Positions 1 through 7,430 of a stretch of 11,421 bases of DNA are shown piece after piece; within the stretch, counting starts at the first letter, position 1; every line of letters begins with the position of its first letter. Below the pieces are notes generated by a model, which was not told where the DNA came from, made no database searches, and was given only the letters and a program-made list of their open reading frames with translations. Origin of the DNA: Nitrospira japonica (lineage in GTDB: Bacteria; Nitrospirota; Thermodesulfovibrionia; Thermodesulfovibrionales; SM23-35). Location: the NCBI GenBank assembly GCA_020725385.1, contig DYFC01000044.1:1-11421 (forward strand), in the 5' to 3' direction. Both the position numbers and the translations under genes were made by a program.

Positions 1-144
1 ACAGTAATTTACACGGGTACTGATACATCATACACCCATACAGGATTAACTAATGGAACAACTTATGGATACCGAGTTTGTGCCATAGATAAAGCAGGCA
101 ATATGTCATCAGGAGCAACAACTACTGTAAGGCCAGTGCCATAA
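1..144 (+). CDS. 3' end of a fibronectin type III (Fn3) domain-containing, probably extracellular protein (partial, enters from left edge)
   Basis: Frame 1 is open from base 1 to TAA at 142-144 and reads TVIYTGTDTSYTHTGLTNGTTYGYRVCAIDKAGNMSSGATTTVRPVP. The pattern 'TSY..TGL..GTTY.YRV.A.D.AGN.S' is the typical C-terminal half of a bacterial Fn3 module. Not in the ORF track. Confidence 0.85.
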   Translation, partial: TVIYTGTDTSYTHTGLTNGTTYGYRVCAIDKAGNMSSGATTTVRPVP

Positions 145-245
145 GAATTTGGTTCAGAGAATAATATCTGTATTCCAGCCTTGCCATTCCTTTGTCCAGA
201 ACTATTACTGGTCTTTCAGGCCGATTTTTACAGCAGACAACTAAT

Positions 246-300
246 CTCCTTGCTTTCTTACTTTAAGTATGTTAAAGAGAAAGAAAAAGGTGAGTTTTCT
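246..300 (+). terminator. Long imperfect AT-rich hairpin followed by TTTTCT; possible terminator of the Fn3 gene or a decayed palindromic repeat
   Basis: CTC-CTT-g-CTTTCT-ta-CTTTAA (246-266), loop GTATG, TTAAAG-AGAAAG-aaa-AAG-gt-GAG (272-294), then TTTTCT (295-300). Confidence 0.35.
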
Positions 301-341
301 AAAAGCTGCATTGATATTCTAAGTATGTTTCAAGTTTGGAT

Positions 342-371
342 TTGAACGAAAATATTATGTAAGAGTATAAT
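342..371 (+). promoter_or_regulatory. Sigma70-type promoter for the redox operon, overlapped by an inverted repeat
   Basis: TTGAAC (342-347), 18 bp spacer, TATAAT (366-371). SD GGAGG at 380-384 precedes ATG 391. The inverted repeat AATATTAT-N8-ATAATATT (351-374) covers the -10 box. Confidence 0.6.
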
Positions 372-390
372 ATTAAAACGGAGGTTTTCT

Positions 391-744
391 ATGGATGATT
401 TTAAATATAAGGAATACACAGAACTTGAAACTCTTATTTATAACGAAGCAATGGATGGTATAATGAAAGGAATTTCCAATGGCTTGAGTTTTACGGAAGC
501 CTGTAATGCAGTAAATGTCAAAGATTCTGAGTTAAAGGCATTTATAGTAGATGATGCTTTGAAAATTATGATTGCAGATTTGCATTACACAAAAGGAGAA
601 ACTCTTCAGGATACCGCTCAGAAATTGCAGTTACCTCTTGATATAATTCAGAAAGCGCACAGGGAGATGATGGAAGATATTTCACAGTCTGCACCGGGTG
701 TTTATAATATTCTTCATCCCGACAATCCTGCGGGAAACGCATAG
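391..744 (+). CDS. Hypothetical helical protein with HTH-like segment(s)
   Basis: 117 aa with a strong SD (GGAGG). Segments GLSFTEACNAV and GETLQDTAQKLQLPLDIIQKA resemble helix-turn-helix patterns. Its stop TAG overlaps the SD (AGGAGG) of the next gene. No family recognised. Confidence 0.75.
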   Translation: MDDFKYKEYTELETLIYNEAMDGIMKGISNGLSFTEACNAVNVKDSELKAFIVDDALKIMIADLHYTKGETLQDTAQKLQLPLDIIQKAHREMMEDISQSAPGVYNILHPDNPAGNA

Positions 745-752
745 GAGGCAAA

Positions 753-1010
753 ATGGCTGAACAAAATAAAAAAGTAAGAGTTTATGGTCTAAGCACATGT
801 CCGACTTGCAAGAGAGTTAAAAAATTTCTCGAAGAGAATGGAATCAAGTTTGATCTTGTTGAAGTTGATTTACTTGATAGCGGTGAACAATGGCTCATGT
901 CAAAAGAAGTGAAAAAATATAATCCGGCACAAACTTATCCAACAATAGTAATTGAAGAAGTAATCACAGGTTTTGATGAAGAAGCTATTAAAAAGGCTAT
1001 AGGGTTATAA
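753..1010 (+). CDS. Glutaredoxin / NrdH-like redoxin
   Basis: 85 aa thioredoxin-fold pattern: VRVYGLST-CPTC-KRVKKFL (CxxC), cis-Pro motif TYPTIVI, and GFD near the C-terminus. SD AGGAGG upstream. Confidence 0.9.
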   Translation: MAEQNKKVRVYGLSTCPTCKRVKKFLEENGIKFDLVEVDLLDSGEQWLMSKEVKKYNPAQTYPTIVIEEVITGFDEEAIKKAIGL

Positions 1011-1348
1011 TGACAAAAGAACGCTTATTTGAGGTTCTTTCAAAATATGCAGAATCGCAAGGTATTCAATTAAATAAAGACAAAGAGTATGTTCTTGAGA
1101 TACTTGAAGGTTTACTTGCAAACGAGCAGAGATATGGATACCGTTCCTGTCCATGCCGTCTTGCTTCTGGTAATAGAGAAAAAGATAAGGATATAATATG
1201 TCCCTGTATTTACAGGGATCCTGACATTAAAGAATATGGAAGTTGCTATTGCGGACTATATGTTTCAAAACAATGGAATGAAGAAACTATCAAACATGTT
1301 AAGGTGCCTGAAAGAAAACAGAATAAAGATGGAGGAGATAATTTATGA
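1010..1348 (+). CDS. ftrC: Ferredoxin:thioredoxin reductase catalytic (beta) subunit-like protein, [4Fe-4S] plus redox-active disulfide
   Basis: 112 aa with the FTR signature GL..N..RYGY.SCPCR ... ICPC.Y...DI...GSCYCGLYV (CPC/CPC/CxC). Overlaps the redoxin gene at TAATG. Confidence 0.92.
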   Translation: MTKERLFEVLSKYAESQGIQLNKDKEYVLEILEGLLANEQRYGYRSCPCRLASGNREKDKDIICPCIYRDPDIKEYGSCYCGLYVSKQWNEETIKHVKVPERKQNKDGGDNL

Positions 1349-1722
1349 TGCCCGAAGATATTCCAGGCTTAAAAGATATTAAAGAAGATCAGGCTGTTCT
1401 GGAACATATTATATGGGATCTTGAACCCAAACAGCTCATGGAGCCAACGTATTATATTAACGAGGAAGGCAAAAAAGAGAAAAAAATATTAAGGGGTTAT
1501 ATGTTTTATATTGACAGGATGTCCGATATAAAACCCGGTCTTTTTCTCATGTGCCACACAGGTTCAAGCTATGCTGAAACCATAGCAAAAGTAAACGAAG
1601 TGCCTGATGAACTTGTTGATGAAGCTATCGAAGAAAATAAGAATAAAGAGTATTTCGGGATGGTTCCTATAAATAAAAAAATTGAAGTATGGTTAAAAAA
1701 AGAACTCGGTATCGAAAAATAA
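1345..1722 (+). CDS. Conserved hypothetical protein, DVU0772-family-like
   Basis: 125 aa. SD GGAGGAG at 1331-1337 and ATGA overlap with the FTR gene. Motif order (LKDIKED..I.WD..P, YMFYID, P.LFL, A...VPDEL, G..PI...I..WLKKEL) matches my recollection of DVU0772-family proteins of sulfate reducers. Confidence 0.65.
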   Translation: MMPEDIPGLKDIKEDQAVLEHIIWDLEPKQLMEPTYYINEEGKKEKKILRGYMFYIDRMSDIKPGLFLMCHTGSSYAETIAKVNEVPDELVDEAIEENKNKEYFGMVPINKKIEVWLKKELGIEK

Positions 1723-1745
1723 TATTATTTCAGCTGTATTTTTGA

Positions 1746-2168
1746 TTAGAGACTGTGCAATAAATAAATTATCAGGAATATTCCTACAGCAAAAACAGAC
1801 ATAGCAAGAAGTATATCAAGTATTATTGAAGGTTTATATGTATCCTCGTCAATTTGCTTTTCAATTTTTTTATAACGTATGAAAGCAAGAACACCCATCA
1901 ATGCTCCCAGTCCAATAAGGGAAACCCCGAAAATTGTTGAATAACCCGTAGTTTTGCTTATCTGTGGCATTGCATTTTTTAGTTCTTCATTTCTACTAAA
2001 AAAACAGGCAGCCTGTCTGATGAAGATGCCAAATTTTTCAACTACAAATCCGAATGCCATAATACCAATGCTTGTCCTTATCCATGAAAGAAAAGTACGC
2101 TCATTAGCCATATGAACGCGACGGTTTGTTATTTTTGATTTTTTATCGGTTTCATTGATTTCAGGCAT
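1746..2168 (-). CDS. yidH: YidH / DUF202 family inner-membrane protein (about 3 TM segments)
   Basis: Signature RVHMANERTFLSWIRTSIGIMAFGF plus two further hydrophobic segments. Start moved from the track's TTG 2207, which lies in the TTGACA -35 box, to ATG 2168 (140 aa). Confidence 0.85.
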   Translation of the reverse strand: MPEINETDKKSKITNRRVHMANERTFLSWIRTSIGIMAFGFVVEKFGIFIRQAACFFSRNEELKNAMPQISKTTGYSTIFGVSLIGLGALMGVLAFIRYKKIEKQIDEDTYKPSIILDILLAMSVFAVGIFLIIYLLHSL

Positions 2169-2178
2169 CTTGTATTTA

Positions 2179-2230
2179 AGTTTATTTATTGTTCCCTGTC
2201 TTGTCAATCTTAGTGCTATAAGGTTATAAT
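2179..2230. promoter_or_regulatory. Back-to-back sigma70 promoters for yidH (-) and glyS (+) with overlapping -35 boxes
   Basis: Plus strand: TTGTCA (2201-2206), 18 bp, TATAAT (2225-2230). Minus strand: TTGACA (2207-2202), 17 bp, TAAACT (2184-2179). Confidence 0.6.
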
Positions 2231-2282
2231 TTTGTACTGTTCGTTGGCCAAATCATATTCATTCAGAAAGAGGTATTGTTAA

Positions 2283-4361
2283 ATGAATCAGAAAAATCTT
2301 TTTTCTTTTTTGCTCGAAATAGGTACAGAAGACCTGCCTGCAAGATTTATCAAACCTGCATTGAATCAACTCGGTGAAAATACTCTAAAAATTCTTGGGG
2401 AACACTATATATCATGTTCGGGCACAAAGGTTTACGGAACACCCAGAAGACTTGCGGTTATAGCAGATGGCATTCCTGAAATACAGGAAGATAGAACAAA
2501 AGAAGTCTTTGGACCTTCTGTTAAAGTTGCTTATGACTCTGAAGGTAAACCTACAAATGCAGCAATTGGTTTTGCAAAATCACAGGGTATTCCTGTTGAA
2601 AAATTGATTATTAAGAAAAAGGATAAAGGTGAATATGTTGTGGCAATTATAGATGAAAAAGGAGTTCCGGTCAAAGAAATAATTCCGGATATTCTTAAGA
2701 AAATAGTTCTTTCAATGCATTTTCCTAAGTCAATGAGATGGGGTGCCGGTTCTATTAGATTTGCAAGACCGATCAGGTGGCTTCTTGCTTTATTTGATAA
2801 TGAGGCAGTCAAATTCGAGATTGAGGGAATTAAAAGCAACAACCTCACAAAAGGACATAGATTTTTGTCACCTGCTGCTTTCCAGATTAAAGAGATTCCG
2901 GGATACAGGAAACTTCTTGCAAATAATTATGTTATTGTTGACATAGAGGAACGCAAGAGGATAATATCCGAAAAAATGGCTAAAATGCTTGCTGAAACTA
3001 ATGAAAAACCGGTTGAAGATGAGGAACTTCTTGACACAGTTGCAAACCTGGTTGAATATCCTGTGCCTGTAATCGGAAATTTTTCTCCTGAATATTTAAA
3101 ACTTCCTAAAGAACTTCTTGTCACTGTAATGAAAGGGCATCAGAAATATTTTGCTGTTCAGAATAATGAAGGTAACATTACAAATAAATTTGTAATTGTA
3201 AGTAATACTACTGAGGAGAACTCCGGTGTTGTTAAGGCAGGAGCAGAAAGAGTTATAAAAGCACGATTTGAGGATGCGAGATTTTATTATGAAGAAGATA
3301 TAAAGAAACCACTATATGAAAGAATAGAAGAACTTAAGAAAGTAACTTTTCAGGAAGAACTCGGTAGTTTATATGCGAAAATTGAAAGAATGACAATACT
3401 TGCTGAATTTCTTGCCGATAGACTGATACCGGATATAAAAGATTTGGTTATTCGCGCTGCAAAACTATCAAAAACAGATTTAATAACAGGAGTTGTAAGA
3501 GAATTCCCTGAATTACAGGGTATTATGGGAAGATATTATGCAATTGAAAATGGGGAATCCGTTCAGGTTGCCGAAGCAATTAAGGAGCATTATCAACCTT
3601 TACATTCAGGCGGAGCCCTACCGGCTTCTGATACAGGTGCACTTCTTAGTATCGCAGATAAGATGGATAATATAGCATCATTTTTCTCTATAGGTTTAAT
3701 CCCCTCGGGTTCTGAAGATCCATTTGCATTGAGAAGGCAGGCTATTGGCATAATATCGATTCTTTTTGATAAAGGTTATGAGATAACCTTAAGAGAACTT
3801 GTTAACAAAGCTCTCGTAAATGTTGTTGATGATAACGCTCGTAAAGAAATAGAAGCAAAAATATTACAGTTCTTTAAGGGAAGAATTGAGACAATTCTTT
3901 CTGATTATGGTTATTCATATGACATTATACAGGCAGTATTACCTTTTTCGACTGATATTTATTTAAAACAGCTTACTCAAAGACTTGAAGCTTTGAAACG
4001 ATATAAAGAACATGAAAGTTATTCCGATTTTCTGATCGCTATAAAAAGGGTTTACAATATAATACCCGGGAAACCTTTGCCTGAAATAAATACAGGTATT
4101 TTCGAAGAAAAGCATGAAATTAACTTAAAAGAAAAACTGGATTCCATAAATGAAGGACTATCCCGTATGATTGAAAAATCAGAATATTATGAAGCATTTT
4201 TGCTTCTTTCCTCAATTACAGATGTTATCAATAGTTTCTTTGATAATGTTCTTGTTATGGATAAAAGAGAACATATAAAATTAAACCGGCTTGCTTTGCT
4301 TAAAAGCATACAGGAAGTATCGGTTAAACTCGCTGATTTTTCAAAGCTTGCAACCTCCTAA
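2283..4361 (+). CDS. glyS: Glycine--tRNA ligase beta subunit
   Basis: 692 aa with LLEIGTEDLPA, GTPRRLAV, FPKSMRWG...RFARPIRW, GHRF, LVEYP, HQKYF, ARFEDARF, EFPELQG.MG.YYA, P.GS.DPFALRR and the C-terminal anticodon-binding FFDNVLVM...NRLALL. SD GAGG at 2270-2273. Confidence 0.98.
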   Translation: MNQKNLFSFLLEIGTEDLPARFIKPALNQLGENTLKILGEHYISCSGTKVYGTPRRLAVIADGIPEIQEDRTKEVFGPSVKVAYDSEGKPTNAAIGFAKSQGIPVEKLIIKKKDKGEYVVAIIDEKGVPVKEIIPDILKKIVLSMHFPKSMRWGAGSIRFARPIRWLLALFDNEAVKFEIEGIKSNNLTKGHRFLSPAAFQIKEIPGYRKLLANNYVIVDIEERKRIISEKMAKMLAETNEKPVEDEELLDTVANLVEYPVPVIGNFSPEYLKLPKELLVTVMKGHQKYFAVQNNEGNITNKFVIVSNTTEENSGVVKAGAERVIKARFEDARFYYEEDIKKPLYERIEELKKVTFQEELGSLYAKIERMTILAEFLADRLIPDIKDLVIRAAKLSKTDLITGVVREFPELQGIMGRYYAIENGESVQVAEAIKEHYQPLHSGGALPASDTGALLSIADKMDNIASFFSIGLIPSGSEDPFALRRQAIGIISILFDKGYEITLRELVNKALVNVVDDNARKEIEAKILQFFKGRIETILSDYGYSYDIIQAVLPFSTDIYLKQLTQRLEALKRYKEHESYSDFLIAIKRVYNIIPGKPLPEINTGIFEEKHEINLKEKLDSINEGLSRMIEKSEYYEAFLLLSSITDVINSFFDNVLVMDKREHIKLNRLALLKSIQEVSVKLADFSKLATS

Positions 4362-4365
4362 CTAC

Positions 4366-4395
4366 TTCACTTTTTTTATCCATGCTATATATAAT
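4366..4395 (+). promoter_or_regulatory. Possible internal sigma70 promoter for the romY-like/tkt/ftsEX operon
   Basis: TTCACT (4366-4371), 18 bp, TATAAT (4390-4395), within the 75-bp gap after glyS. Confidence 0.4.
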
Positions 4396-4436
4396 AGTCT
4401 AAAGCTGCGAAAAATAATTTATAACCGGTTAAGATT

Positions 4437-4958
4437 ATGCTTGTTGGTTTCAACACTAACATATCATATAAAAATAAGACTTTCCATGTTCAGACCGAAG
4501 ACGGAGGACCTGGTAATCCAGTAGTTATTACGCTTCTTTATTATCAGGGAGCAATACTTGCTTCCAAGAAAACAGGATATTCTGAAGTACTTAAAGACCC
4601 TGATTGTTATGCTAAGGTGGCAAAATTAATGAAAATTCAGCATAAAGGTGTAATAAGGGATCTGCTCTCGGGTAAATATACAGAGAATATGGATGTCGGA
4701 CAAGAAGAGAAGGCAGAAAAGTCTGATGAATCTGCAAGTATAAAAATAGTTAAGGAGACAAATACCGAACAATCAGAGTTAGATAGCACGGAAAAAACTC
4801 TTGAAGAGCAATTGATTGAAGAAGTTCCTGTAAATGAAGAAATGCAGATTCATGAGATTGAGCCAGCAAAGCAGGAAAAGTCAGAAGTTAAAAAACATCA
4901 ATTGACCAACGGACTTGATGATATTCTTTTAAATTTCATTATGAAAAGGACTAAATGA
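4437..4958 (+). CDS. RomY-like protein: conserved N-terminal domain, acidic low-complexity linker, short conserved C-terminal helix
   Basis: N-terminal GFNTNI.YK.K.FHVQTEDGG..NP.VIT.L...GAILASKKT.Y...LMK.QHK.VIR.L.SG.Y and C-terminal GLDDILLNFI match the architecture I recall for Myxococcus RomY (GFNHNI...YHVQTEDSG..NP.IITHLF.GG.ILASKKTSY...MEEQHK...SLDEVILSYL). It lies upstream of ftsEX. Confidence 0.7.
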   Translation: MLVGFNTNISYKNKTFHVQTEDGGPGNPVVITLLYYQGAILASKKTGYSEVLKDPDCYAKVAKLMKIQHKGVIRDLLSGKYTENMDVGQEEKAEKSDESASIKIVKETNTEQSELDSTEKTLEEQLIEEVPVNEEMQIHEIEPAKQEKSEVKKHQLTNGLDDILLNFIMKRTK

Positions 4959-5792
4959 ATGGAAGAAATTAAGACAAAACCCGATATTAAGATGCTCAAG
5001 GAAAAGGCACGTATTATAAGAATGGAAATCCTTAAAATGCTTACAGAAGCAGGCTCGGGGCATACAGGTGGCTCTTTATCCGCAGCAGATATTGTGGCTG
5101 CCCTTTATTTTTACAAAATGAAACATAAACCAGAAGACCCTTTATGGAAAGATAGGGACAGATTTATTCTATCAAAGGGACACGCAGCGCCAGTTCTTTA
5201 TGCTGCACTTGCTATAGCAGGTTATTTTGATAGGAAGTTGCTTAAAACATTACGTAAAATAGGCAGCCCGTTACAAGGACATCCATGTTCAAGAAAACTT
5301 CCGGGCGTAGAAATTTCAACAGGTTCTTTAGGACAGGGTTTATCAATAGCAAACGGGATAGCGCTGGGGTTAAAGATAAGTAAATCACCTTCAAGGGTTT
5401 ATTGTCTTCTCGGAGACGGTGAAATACAGGAAGGACAGATATGGGAAGCTGCGATGACAGCATCACATTACAATCTTGATAATCTATGTGCGATTATTGA
5501 CAATAACGGATTACAGATTGATGGCCGTTGTTGTGATGTAATGTGCATTGACCCGATTGCAAAAAAGTGGGAAGCATTTGGATGGAATGTCTTAGAGATT
5601 AACGGTCATGACATGGAAGCTATAGTTGATGCTCTTGATAGAGTGGAAATTGTTAAAGGTAAACCATCTATGATAGTTGCCCGAACAATCAAAGGGAAGG
5701 GCGTTTCATTTTTTGAAGGGAAAGTTGAATATCATGGGATAGCACCTACAAATGAAGAACTTGAAAACGCATTGAAGGAGCTTGAAATATAA
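4959..5792 (+). CDS. Transketolase, N-terminal (ThDP-binding) subunit of a split transketolase
   Basis: GHTGGSLS, DRFILSKGHA, LQGHP, STGSLGQG, ThDP motif GDGE..EGQIWEA...DNN, TIKGKG...YHG. SD AAGGA at 4946-4950. Confidence 0.95.
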   Translation: MEEIKTKPDIKMLKEKARIIRMEILKMLTEAGSGHTGGSLSAADIVAALYFYKMKHKPEDPLWKDRDRFILSKGHAAPVLYAALAIAGYFDRKLLKTLRKIGSPLQGHPCSRKLPGVEISTGSLGQGLSIANGIALGLKISKSPSRVYCLLGDGEIQEGQIWEAAMTASHYNLDNLCAIIDNNGLQIDGRCCDVMCIDPIAKKWEAFGWNVLEINGHDMEAIVDALDRVEIVKGKPSMIVARTIKGKGVSFFEGKVEYHGIAPTNEELENALKELEI

Positions 5793-6763
5793 TGGGTGAA
5801 AGACAAGAAAAAAAACAGGAAAAGGAAGTTTCTCAGAAAATAGCAACAAGAGATGCATATGGAGATGCATTGCTTGAACTCGGAAAAATAAGGGAAGATG
5901 TAGTTGTTCTTGATGCTGATCTTTCCGGTTCAACAAAGACCAAAAAGTTTGCAAAACAATTTCCTGAAAGATTTTTCAATATAGGCATATCGGAGCAGGA
6001 TATGATCGGAACAGCGAGCGGTTTGTCTTTAACAGGCAAGTTACCTTTTGCTTCGACTTTTGCTGTGTTTGAGACAGGCAGAGCATGGGAACAGATCAGG
6101 CAAACTGTATGTTATTCGAAATTGAATGTGAAACTTGTTGCAACTCATAGCGGTATTACAGTTGGTGAAGATGGAGCATCCCATCAGGCAATAGAAGATG
6201 TCGCTTTAATGAGAGTATTGCCTAACATGACTGTTATTGTGCCTGCGGATGGTTATGAAACAAAACAGGTTATTTATTCTATTGCCGATTATTCGGGTCC
6301 GGTATATGTACGTTTAGGCAGATCTAAAGTTCCTGTTGTAATGCCATCTAATTATGAATTTCAGATTGGTAAATCCTATGCTTTTCACATCGGAAGCGAT
6401 GTTAATATTGTTGCAATGGGCATCATGGTATCTATTGCTCTTGATGCTGCAAAAATACTGAAAGAAAACGGCATTGATGCCGGGGTAATTAATATGTCAA
6501 CAGTCAAACCACTTGATAATGAAATGCTTCTTGAAATATCTAAGAAAAGTAAACTCATTGTAACAGCAGAGGAACATTCTATTATCGGAGGGCTTGGTAG
6601 CGCTGTATGTGAATTCCTTTCGGAAAATAATCCTGTCAGAGTAATAAGAATTGGAATAAAAGATAATTTTGGCTGTTCGGGTTCTCCTTCCGAGCTTTTA
6701 AAACTATATGGTTTAACCGCAGATAATATTGTTAAAACAATCACTGAATTATTAAATAAATAA
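5792..6763 (+). CDS. Transketolase, C-terminal (pyrimidine-binding and C-terminal domain) subunit
   Basis: ATRDAYG, LDADL..ST, FFNIGISEQ, RAWEQIR, GEDGASHQ, GPVYVRLGR, VKPLD, EEH..IGGLGSAV. TAATG overlap with the N-terminal subunit gene. Confidence 0.95.
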   Translation: MGERQEKKQEKEVSQKIATRDAYGDALLELGKIREDVVVLDADLSGSTKTKKFAKQFPERFFNIGISEQDMIGTASGLSLTGKLPFASTFAVFETGRAWEQIRQTVCYSKLNVKLVATHSGITVGEDGASHQAIEDVALMRVLPNMTVIVPADGYETKQVIYSIADYSGPVYVRLGRSKVPVVMPSNYEFQIGKSYAFHIGSDVNIVAMGIMVSIALDAAKILKENGIDAGVINMSTVKPLDNEMLLEISKKSKLIVTAEEHSIIGGLGSAVCEFLSENNPVRVIRIGIKDNFGCSGSPSELLKLYGLTADNIVKTITELLNK

Positions 6764-6767
6764 TAAA

Positions 6768-7430
6768 ATGATAACCTTTGAGAATGTATCCAAATTCTAT
6801 GACAATCAGACTGCTTTAAGAAAAATAAGCTTTTCAGTTGAAAGAGGGGAAATGGCTTTTATAACAGGGCCAAGCGGTTCGGGAAAAACAACAATGCTCA
6901 AGCTTATTTATATGGCTGAAAAAGCTGATGAAGGCAGAATCAACGTGAATGATATGGAGCTTTCACAATTAAGAGAATCGGATGTCCCGGTTTTAAGAAA
7001 AAACATAGGTATTGTTTTTCAGGATTTCAGGCTTCTTGATAATATTAATGTCTTTGAAAATGTGGCTATTGCATTAAGAATAAGAGGGGTAGATGAAAGA
7101 GAAGTCAAATCAAAGGTGTTTGATGCTCTAAAACTTGTTAGTTTAAGACATAAGACAGATAGCTATCCAACTGCTTTATCCGGTGGTGAACAACAAAGGG
7201 TAGCTATTGCAAGAGCAATAGTCTCCGAGCCTGTAATTATACTTGCCGATGAACCAACCGGAAATGTTGACCCGGATACTTCTGCAGGTATTATAAGAAC
7301 CTTCAAAGAGATAAATGCAAGGGGTACAACGATACTTCTTGCAACTCATAACCGTGAACTTTTCAAGAATTCAGGCAAACGTGTGCTCAAGCTTGATTTC
7401 GGGAATTTTGCGGGTGAGGAGATAGGTTAA
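6768..7430 (+). CDS. ftsE: Cell division ATP-binding protein FtsE
   Basis: Walker A GPSGSGKTT, Q-loop IGIVFQDFRLL, signature LSGGEQQRVAIARA, Walker B/D-loop ILADEPTGN. Adjacent to ftsX. Confidence 0.95.
   Translation: MITFENVSKFYDNQTALRKISFSVERGEMAFITGPSGSGKTTMLKLIYMAEKADEGRINVNDMELSQLRESDVPVLRKNIGIVFQDFRLLDNINVFENVAIALRIRGVDEREVKSKVFDALKLVSLRHKTDSYPTALSGGEQQRVAIARAIVSEPVIILADEPTGNVDPDTSAGIIRTFKEINARGTTILLATHNRELFKNSGKRVLKLDFGNFAGEEIG

Noticed and set aside
367-1730. 9-bp direct repeat ATAATATTA flanking the redox operon (367-375 and 1719-1727), plus the palindrome AAATAATATTATTT (1717-1730), as a possible target-site duplication
   Set aside because: The same AT-only word recurs inside ftsE and ftsX, and there is no transposase, integrase or terminal inverted repeat. 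Chance is likely.
2231-2282. T-box or glycine riboswitch upstream of glyS
   Set aside because: Only about 50 nt lie between the -10 box and the ATG, and there is no T-box motif or aptamer-like structure.
4956-4961. In-frame TGA-ATG junction between the RomY-like gene and transketolase N, raising selenocysteine or readthrough fusion
   Set aside because: No SECIS-like stem-loop follows the TGA, the transketolase ATG has its own SD (AAGGA 4946-4950), and both proteins look complete. Ordinary tight coupling explains it.
5780-5800. Transketolase split as a frameshift or pseudogene
   Set aside because: The break falls at the usual domain boundary of two-subunit transketolases, with a clean TAATG coupling and intact catalytic motifs in both halves.
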